From the NCBI GenBank assembly GCA_019114665.1, contig DXFB01000160.1, forward strand, positions 1 to 39,122: DNA of 39,122 nucleotides. The letters run 5' to 3'. The notes under the pieces are model-generated. The model was given only the letters and a program-made list of their open reading frames with translations, did not search any database and had not been told where the DNA came from. The stretch is from Candidatus Barnesiella excrementipullorum (lineage in GTDB: Bacteria > Bacteroidota > Bacteroidia > Bacteroidales > Barnesiellaceae_A). The translations under genes and the position numbers were made by a program. How positions within the stretch are numbered: the stretch's first letter is position 1; every line of letters starts with the position of its first letter. Positions 33,315 to 39,122 of the stretch are shown here, piece after piece.

Positions 33315-35705
33315 TTACTTCATTTCAAATATATCCCCCTTCTGCAACGAGACCACAACAAGGCCGTCGCTATCGGGCAGAAGCTCTTGCTTCACACCGT
33401 TTACATAGAACGATAAGTCATGTGCCGCATCGGGGATTTTTATGCTGAACAGATTGGAAGCCGTCGCTGTCAAACGGGCATCCTGCAACAAGCCGTCCCT
33501 CCATCGTACGGCTGCCTCGGCTCCTCCGCGTACACACAAGCCCGAGAAAGAGCCGTTGTTCCATTCGGCAGGAAGAGCGGGCAGAAACTCTATGTAACCT
33601 TTGTGGCTTTGCAGCAGCATCTCGGCTACGGCGGCCGAACCGGCCGTATTACCGTCTACCGCAAAAATATCCCATGGAGCGCCTGCTATACCTTTGGGCG
33701 ACATTGTAAAAAGATTCTCGCGCGACAAATCTGTGATAAGAGTTTTCAGGCAACGGTATGCCTCGCCGGCATCTCCCAGACGGGCATAATAACAGATGCT
33801 GTTGGCCCTGCTCCACTCTACGTCTTCCCAACCGGGAGCATTCAGGCGGTTCTCTATCGTCACACGGCATGCGGCTTCGAGTTCAGGCGTATTCACTTGA
33901 TAGTAAGGGAACAAGCCCAGCAAATGCGATGTATGCCGATGATTGGGATATATTTCGTCATAATCGTAATACCACTCTTGCAACTGCCCTTTTGCACCTA
34001 TTTTGAGCGGCGGCAACTTACCGACTGCCGCTTGCAGGGTATCGCAGAAATCGGCATCGATTTGAAGTATCTCGCAATAGTCTATAAGGTTTGTAAAGAG
34101 TTCGTAGGCAAGGACACGGTCTACCGTAGGCATCATAGAGAGGCAATATCCCTTACCGTTATAACCGAAGCCGTTCTCGGGCGAAATAGAAGGACCTGTA
34201 AGCAAGTATCCCGTATGGGGGTCTTCGGTCAGATAATCGAGCAGGAAGAGAGCATTCTCTTTCAACACCGGATAAGCCTCTTCACGCAAGAAGACAGTAT
34301 CGCGGGTAAAGGCGAAATGCTCTGCCATCTGCAATGCCAGCCACGTACCGCCGGTGGGGAAAGCACCCCAATATATTGAGCCGCTCGGGGAGGTATGTCC
34401 CCAACAGTTGGCCGTAGTATGAGCCGTCCAGCCTCGCGTCCCGTAGACCGTCCGCACCGTTTCGCGGCCGTAAGGTACAAGCATCTCTATATATTTGAAG
34501 AGTGGTGCATTACACTCTGCGAGGTTACAAACATTGGCATTCCAATAGTTTTGCTGGGTATTTATATCCAAATGATAATCGCAATTCCATCCCATGTTGC
34601 AGGCAAGATTGTCGTTCCAGTTTCCTTGCAGATTGAGAGGGAGCGGCGAGTTTTCCCGCGAGCCCGATATGAGGATATACCGCCCGTATTGCATAAAAAG
34701 TGCTGCAAGGCCGGCATCATCGGCTCCTTCGGCAAGCCGCTGCTGGCGTACATCGGTAGGTAAAGAGGAGGCAGAACCCGCACCCAGGTCCAGCGAAACG
34801 CGCGAGAAGAGGGCGCCGAAATCGGCGACATGCGCGGCACGCAACTCATCATACGGCATAGATACCGCCGCGTCGATGTGCTGCTGTGTGACAGAGGCCG
34901 GATTCTCGTTGCAAAAATCGGTATTGAGGTCGTAATAAATCACAGCCTCATCGGCATCCCGTACGGCAATCCCATCGCCATAAGCGGCGCAGCTTCCGCC
35001 TTTCAGCTCTACGCGAGCCATTCCACAGAATGCCACGCCGCTTTTTGCATCGGATTGAACATCGGTGTTACCACTGAAAACAATCTTATTACCTTCTACC
35101 TTTATTTTTGCACTTTTATTGAAATCGAAAGAGAGGTCAAACCCTACCGCCGCTCTCTTGTCAGAGGTTATCTTCATAACCATTACATCGGCGGGATGGG
35201 AACAGAAGAGTTCTCTTTCGTACAGAGTATCATTCACACGATACGACACCGAGGCAATAGCATCAGCGAGGTCGAGTTCGCGAGAAAAACCGGTTACGGA
35301 ATCGGAGTGCTGGAAAGCTATTTTCATATCGCCTACCGGCACATGACTACCAAACTTCGCAGCCCGTCCGGTCATATATTTCGAGGCCACTTCGTGCATA
35401 CGGTCGTAATCGCCGGCAAAAAAGAGTCTGCGCATTTCGGCCTGATGCTCGGCACCGCCCACCGGGTCTTGCTGTGCATCGTAATAGCCGGTCCAAAACG
35501 TTATTTCATTGAGAGCGATAGTTTCAACGGGAGCGCCGCCATATACCATGGCACCCAGCCGTCCATTGCCTACGGGCAGGGCTTTCATCCACTCATCGGC
35601 AGGTTGTTCGTACCACAATCGCCAATCGGTTTGTTCTTGTTGCGAGCAAGATGCCAAACAGCCCAGTGAGAGAGCTGCCGCAAAGAGAAGGTGTGTGTGT
35701 TTCAT
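33315..35705 (-). CDS. glycoside hydrolase family 95 (alpha-L-fucosidase / alpha-L-galactosidase type), likely lipoprotein
   Basis: Start chosen at 'MKHTHLLFAAALSLGCLASCSQ' (ATG 35705; alternative ATGs at 35711 and 35747). GH95 signatures are 'PVGNGRLGAMVYG', 'NEITFWTG', 'LQGNWNDNL', 'DYHLDINTQQNYW' and 'GPSISPENGF'. Confidence 0.9.
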   Translation of the reverse strand: MKHTHLLFAAALSLGCLASCSQQEQTDWRLWYEQPADEWMKALPVGNGRLGAMVYGGAPVETIALNEITFWTGYYDAQQDPVGGAEHQAEMRRLFFAGDYDRMHEVASKYMTGRAAKFGSHVPVGDMKIAFQHSDSVTGFSRELDLADAIASVSYRVNDTLYERELFCSHPADVMVMKITSDKRAAVGFDLSFDFNKSAKIKVEGNKIVFSGNTDVQSDAKSGVAFCGMARVELKGGSCAAYGDGIAVRDADEAVIYYDLNTDFCNENPASVTQQHIDAAVSMPYDELRAAHVADFGALFSRVSLDLGAGSASSLPTDVRQQRLAEGADDAGLAALFMQYGRYILISGSRENSPLPLNLQGNWNDNLACNMGWNCDYHLDINTQQNYWNANVCNLAECNAPLFKYIEMLVPYGRETVRTVYGTRGWTAHTTANCWGHTSPSGSIYWGAFPTGGTWLALQMAEHFAFTRDTVFLREEAYPVLKENALFLLDYLTEDPHTGYLLTGPSISPENGFGYNGKGYCLSMMPTVDRVLAYELFTNLIDYCEILQIDADFCDTLQAAVGKLPPLKIGAKGQLQEWYYDYDEIYPNHRHTSHLLGLFPYYQVNTPELEAACRVTIENRLNAPGWEDVEWSRANSICYYARLGDAGEAYRCLKTLITDLSRENLFTMSPKGIAGAPWDIFAVDGNTAGSAAVAEMLLQSHKGYIEFLPALPAEWNNGSFSGLCVRGGAEAAVRWRDGLLQDARLTATASNLFSIKIPDAAHDLSFYVNGVKQELLPDSDGLVVVSLQKGDIFEMK

Positions 35706-35761
35706 TATCATAGTATAGTAAAAGATTAAACGCAGGACGTATCGCAAATGTGATGTCGCTG

Positions 35762-35769
35762 CAAAAATA
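35762..35769 (-). promoter_or_regulatory. -7 box (TATTTTTG on the minus strand) of a putative GH95 promoter
   Basis: The plus strand reads CAAAAATA, so the minus strand is an exact match to TAnnTTTG. It lies 50-56 nt upstream of the candidate GH95 start codons. Confidence 0.45.
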
Positions 35770-35855
35770 GACCCTACTATACTACTAATAATAAAACAAT
35801 CGCAGCAAAGAATTGCACTTATGTCGCAAAACGGCTCTCTCCACGGTGTTATAGC

Positions 35856-35890
35856 ACATTTGTTATATTTACCGATACATTTGTTATATT
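35856..35890. repeat. tandem direct repeat ACATTTGTTATATT x2 with 21-nt period, candidate operator
   Basis: Copies at 35856-35869 and 35877-35890 are identical 14/14. A third TGTTATA core lies at 35847-35853. The repeat sits between the HTCS stop (35915) and the putative GH95 promoter. Confidence 0.6.
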
Positions 35891-35892
35891 CA

Positions 35893-35908
35893 CCATACCG
35901 CGGTATGG
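35893..35908. other. 16-bp perfect palindrome CCATACCGCGGTATGG immediately after the HTCS stop codon
   Basis: The sequence is self-complementary. As RNA it would form at most a 6-bp stem with a CGCG loop. No U-tract follows, so it is a weak terminator or a dimeric protein-binding site. Confidence 0.35.
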
Positions 35909-35914
35909 CAACCG

Positions 35915-38900
35915 TTATGCATGCTTATCGCGCTGTTGCATGACAAAAACCTTGGGCGTAACGCCAAACTGTTTCTGGAACAGACGGCTGAAATATGATG
36001 GAGAACCTATTCCTACCATTGTGCCCACCTCCGATATGGAATACTTCCCTTCGGCAAGCAGAGTAGCCGCTTGCTGCAAACGCACCAGACGAATATACTC
36101 TACCGGGGGAAGGTCGAACAGCTCTTTTGTCTTGCGATGCAGTGCCGACCGGCTCATGCAAAGGGTTGACGCAAGGCGTTCGACATTGAAACTCTCATCA
36201 GACATATTTTCCCGTATAACCTCGGCAATACGCTCCATAAGCTCCTCCTCGGCTTTGGTACGCTGCCCTATCTTATGCACAAGCGGCCTGCGGACTACCG
36301 CCTCTACCTCCTTCTGCCGGTTAAACAGCAGATTGTTGACCTTCGCGATAAGATAAGTAAACGAGAATGGTTTTTCCATGAAAGTATCTGCACCGAGTTC
36401 CAGCCCATGCAGTTTGCTTGGCAAGTCGCTCTTGGCCGAGAGCAATATGACCGGTATATGGGCATACTCGGGTGTATTTTTCACAATGCGGCACAACTCA
36501 AACCCATCCATAACGGGCATCATCACATCGCACACGACAATGTGTATGGTTTCGCGTTTCAGGACATCGAGAGCCTCCTGGCCGTTTGTGGCTGAAAAGA
36601 CAACAAAACGGTCACTGAACCTGTCTACCAGAAATTCCAAGACCTCAGGGTTGTCATCGACGACAAGAACCGAACTGCCCGACATATCGGTAGGGAAAGA
36701 GTCTCTATCGAGCATTTCATCGCCTGCGACCGGGTCGTCGTGACTGGCAAAGCGGTTCTCCCACACTATCACGCCATCTTGTTCACGGGGCAACGTCAGG
36801 GTGAATACATTGTATTTTCCATCGGGCGAGACAGAGAGGTCGAGATAGCCGTTGTGCAACTCTACAATAGAACGTGCCAGAGAGAGCCCCAGGCCTACGC
36901 CCGATGAGGTATCTTCTATCTGATAGAAAGGCTCAAAGATACGCTTTTGTTTCTCGTAGGGAATAATCTCGCCATCGGAAGCGACAGAAATGGAGAAATC
37001 GTTTTCTTCGCACGCCAAATCTACCTTTATCTCGCTGGCCGCATATTTGAGCGCATTGTTGAGCAAATTGCTCAATACTTTTGTAACCTCCTCTTTGTCG
37101 ATGGGCACGACACAGGAATCTACTCCATAAGAGACTATCAGCCTCTTTCCCGAACGGGTTATCGAGGGCTCGAAACAGGCCAGCGTCTCTTTAAGCAGCA
37201 CTACGATATCTTGCTTCGTATAGCTCAGGCTCATGCGGTTGCCCTCTATCTTCCTGAAATCGAGCAACTGATTGATGAGCGTGAGCAAGCGTTCGGTGTT
37301 CTTCTCTATCACTTTGAGCCATTTTTGCGCCTCGGCCGGCAGGTCCAGGGCGACAACGGCTTCGAGCGGGCCCTTTATAAGCGAGAGCGGCGTCTTTATT
37401 TCATGGGCGATAGATGTGAAGAACTCTACCTTTGCGCTGTACAGCTCCTTCTCTTTCCTCATTTCCAATAGATTGACGGCTCGCTGCGACTGCAACTCCT
37501 TGCGATGCTTATACCACCTGAAAAATCCATAGACGCACAATGTCACCATCAGTACATAGGCAATATAGGCATATATGGTACGCCACCACGGAGGCATCAC
37601 TACGACCGACAAGGTGGCGCCCTCATAATTCCATTTGCCGTCATTGTTAGAGGCTTGCACCCTGAACACATATTTACCGGGTCTCAGTTGCGAATAGGTA
37701 GCACTCTGTCGCGACGACGATACCCATCCGTCATCGACCCCTTCGAGCCGATAGCGGAACTTATTGGACGAGGGCGAAACATAATCGAGTGCCACAAAAT
37801 CCAACGAGATATTTTCCTGGTCGTAACGCAAAACCACCTCGGGGGTAAACTGCAAGGCAGACGAGAGCAACGAATCGGGAGCGCCTACAACGACGCTCCT
37901 GTTGTGTACCTGCATCCGCGTAATATAGACAGGCGGTACATGGTGGTTAACACCAAACTTATAGGGATTAAAGGCTATCAGCCCTTTGATTGTGCCGAAA
38001 TAGAATGTCCCGTCGCGGCTTTCGAGGGCCGATTTGTAATTGAACTGGTCCGACAACAAACCATCACGCTCGGTATAAACCCGTACCGCACGAGTCTCGG
38101 GATTGAAGCACACCAATCCCTTGTTGGTGCCAAACCAAAGGTTGTGATGCCAATCTTCCAATATCTTGTAACAGACATTATCGGGAAAGCCGTCTTTAAC
38201 AGAGAATGTCGTAAAATTGTCGGTAGAACGGTTATAGCGGCATATCCCCCCTCGGTCGGTCGAGAACCACACCTCACCCTTCCGCCCGATGGTAATGCTG
38301 CTCACTGAATTGGAACTCAGCGAGAGCGAGTCTTCGGGGTTTTCGGTATAGGTGCGCACCTGCTTGGCATCGAGGTTATAGCACATCACACCATTGCCCA
38401 TCGTGGCAATCCATATATTGCGGTTGCGGTCTTCCGCGATATCGTGTATATAAGCATCGCCAAAGGCATCGACCCGCTTAAATGCAAAATTCTCGTTCGG
38501 CGCATAATATACGCCCCACGAATTTCCCAGCCAATAGCCCCCCTCTGAGTCTTTGAAAAGAGCACACACGCTCGACTCATCCAACAAATTGAGGTCTTCG
38601 CCCGAATAGAAACGAGAGTTGTACGTATCTATGGAATAGGCCTCCATCCCCGACTTGAAGATGCCTACATATACCTGGTCACCGTCGGCCATAAGGGCCA
38701 GATTGGTACGCGAAGCACTCCGCGCATTGTCGATATGCTTGAAAACGTGCTGCTTGGGATAAAATATATTCACCCCCTTGTCTTCGGTACCTATCCATAT
38801 ATTTCCGTTGCTGTCCTCGCACATTTCTCGGATGCGCTTACCTTTGATAGAGCCAGCCGAATTGACGGGGAAATACTTGCGGAAAGTATAGGCACGCTTG

Positions 38901-39122
38901 GGCAGATAGTCGACACCGCCAAACAAAGAACCAAACCAGATACCGCCTTCACGGTCTTCGTATATGGTAAATACATTGTTATCGGAAAGGCCGTAAGGAT
39001 TGAGGTCGTCCTCGCAATAATGATACACTGCTCCATCGCGCTCGTTGACGATATAAAGCCCGTCTTGTGTTGCCACCAATATATGACGGCGGTCGTAACA
39101 CTTCACGCAGCGTATTATCTTG
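35915..39122 (-). CDS. hybrid two-component system sensor histidine kinase/response regulator (HTCS), N-terminus outside window
   Basis: The frame stays open to the window edge, because the listed start at 39106 is an internal GTG. The periplasmic region has beta-propeller repeats plus a Y_Y_Y-type segment 'RYRLEGVDDGWV...GKYVFRVQASNNDGKW'. The TM segment is 'WWRTIYAYIAYVLMVTLCVYGFF' and the H-box is 'FFTSIAHEIKTPLSLI'. The receiver shows 'VLVVDDNPEVLEFL...VVCDVMMPVMDGFEL'. The AraC-type HTH shows 'SRSALHRKTKELFDLPPVEYIRLVRLQQAATLL...PSYFSRLFQKQFGVTP'. Confidence 0.9.
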   Translation of the reverse strand, partial: KIIRCVKCYDRRHILVATQDGLYIVNERDGAVYHYCEDDLNPYGLSDNNVFTIYEDREGGIWFGSLFGGVDYLPKRAYTFRKYFPVNSAGSIKGKRIREMCEDSNGNIWIGTEDKGVNIFYPKQHVFKHIDNARSASRTNLALMADGDQVYVGIFKSGMEAYSIDTYNSRFYSGEDLNLLDESSVCALFKDSEGGYWLGNSWGVYYAPNENFAFKRVDAFGDAYIHDIAEDRNRNIWIATMGNGVMCYNLDAKQVRTYTENPEDSLSLSSNSVSSITIGRKGEVWFSTDRGGICRYNRSTDNFTTFSVKDGFPDNVCYKILEDWHHNLWFGTNKGLVCFNPETRAVRVYTERDGLLSDQFNYKSALESRDGTFYFGTIKGLIAFNPYKFGVNHHVPPVYITRMQVHNRSVVVGAPDSLLSSALQFTPEVVLRYDQENISLDFVALDYVSPSSNKFRYRLEGVDDGWVSSSRQSATYSQLRPGKYVFRVQASNNDGKWNYEGATLSVVVMPPWWRTIYAYIAYVLMVTLCVYGFFRWYKHRKELQSQRAVNLLEMRKEKELYSAKVEFFTSIAHEIKTPLSLIKGPLEAVVALDLPAEAQKWLKVIEKNTERLLTLINQLLDFRKIEGNRMSLSYTKQDIVVLLKETLACFEPSITRSGKRLIVSYGVDSCVVPIDKEEVTKVLSNLLNNALKYAASEIKVDLACEENDFSISVASDGEIIPYEKQKRIFEPFYQIEDTSSGVGLGLSLARSIVELHNGYLDLSVSPDGKYNVFTLTLPREQDGVIVWENRFASHDDPVAGDEMLDRDSFPTDMSGSSVLVVDDNPEVLEFLVDRFSDRFVVFSATNGQEALDVLKRETIHIVVCDVMMPVMDGFELCRIVKNTPEYAHIPVILLSAKSDLPSKLHGLELGADTFMEKPFSFTYLIAKVNNLLFNRQKEVEAVVRRPLVHKIGQRTKAEEELMERIAEVIRENMSDESFNVERLASTLCMSRSALHRKTKELFDLPPVEYIRLVRLQQAATLLAEGKYSISEVGTMVGIGSPSYFSRLFQKQFGVTPKVFVMQQRDKHA

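Noticed and set aside
33168-33416. An 82-aa plus-strand ORF in the GH95/GH36 spacer, and a 93-aa minus-strand ORF at 21737-22018.
   Set aside because: The first overlaps the GH95 3' end antisense and reads through the conserved box in a frame different from the copy at 9600. The second reads through the 14-bp terminator stem and the real GH27-like signal peptide in another frame. Neither has any recognisable protein features.
745-35669. Many long plus-strand ORFs lie antisense to the minus-strand genes. Examples: 745-2556 (603 aa), 3428-4693, 4792-6180, 6256-7299, 8461-9546, 11924-13225, 15321-17189 (622 aa), 17909-19666 (585 aa), 25830-27245, 27576-28664, 28800-30467, 32063-33037, 33420-34379 and 34830-35669.
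   Set aside because: Each lies entirely opposite a gene with clear family motifs. Their translations are low-complexity (rich in I, V, G, R and H) with no recognisable domains. Several run straight across intergenic gaps and hairpins; for example, 15321-17189 crosses the GH2/LRR junction. This pattern is the stop-codon-poor antisense frame expected from the codon bias of the real genes, so I do not count them as overlapping genes. Ribosome profiling would be needed to say otherwise.
35893-35908. The palindrome CCATACCGCGGTATGG as an intrinsic terminator for the HTCS gene.
   Set aside because: With no spacer it can form only a 6-bp stem around a CGCG loop, and no U-tract follows. I kept it only as a low-confidence feature, either a possible protein-binding site or a weak structure.
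1-39122. I looked for defence or toxin systems, phage or mobile-element genes, CRISPR repeats, and tRNA, rRNA or riboswitch-like elements.
   Set aside because: Every ORF longer than 200 aa on the coding strand is accounted for by a carbohydrate-active enzyme, transporter, regulator or binding-protein family. I saw no nuclease, ATPase, reverse-transcriptase or integrase motifs, no short regularly spaced repeats and no cloverleaf-like segments. This absence is judged by eye only, so small RNAs cannot be excluded.

Overview
This 39.1-kb window is a Bacteroidota (Bacteroidales-type) carbohydrate-utilisation region. I recognised no rRNA or tRNA genes, CRISPR arrays, transposases, integrases or defence-type genes. 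A 5'-truncated thioredoxin-fold gene and a bidirectional terminator (735-770) sit at the left edge. From 811 to the right edge, every gene is on the minus strand except one plus-strand AraC gene. Reading right to left: a partial hybrid two-component sensor (HTCS, 35915-39122); GH95; GH36, GH97 (T9SS tail), SusC-like and SusD-like; an FG-GAP/VCBS propeller (T9SS tail); a GH27-like enzyme (T9SS tail); aldose 1-epimerase, a BspA-type LRR protein (T9SS tail), GH2 and GH38; the plus-strand AraC gene; then an MFS sugar porter, a 1112-aa signal-less DUF5107/TPR protein, a second GH97 and a two-domain esterase. Main leads: (i) The AraC-divergent porter/DUF5107-TPR/GH97/esterase operon is the best candidate for an undescribed cytoplasmic sugar-processing or sugar-sensing module. 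(ii) An 18-nt box is identical upstream of that operon and upstream of the GH36-SusC/D operon 23.6 kb away, with conserved spacing to -33/-7-like elements, which suggests a single regulon. (iii) A 14-nt direct repeat with 21-nt period lies between the HTCS gene and GH95. (iv) Four proteins in the Sus-like locus carry T9SS C-terminal sorting domains. (v) AraC and GH38 converge with only 3 nt between their stop codons. All family calls rest on motif recognition in the supplied translations and on reading the DNA by eye; no database search or folding computation was run.
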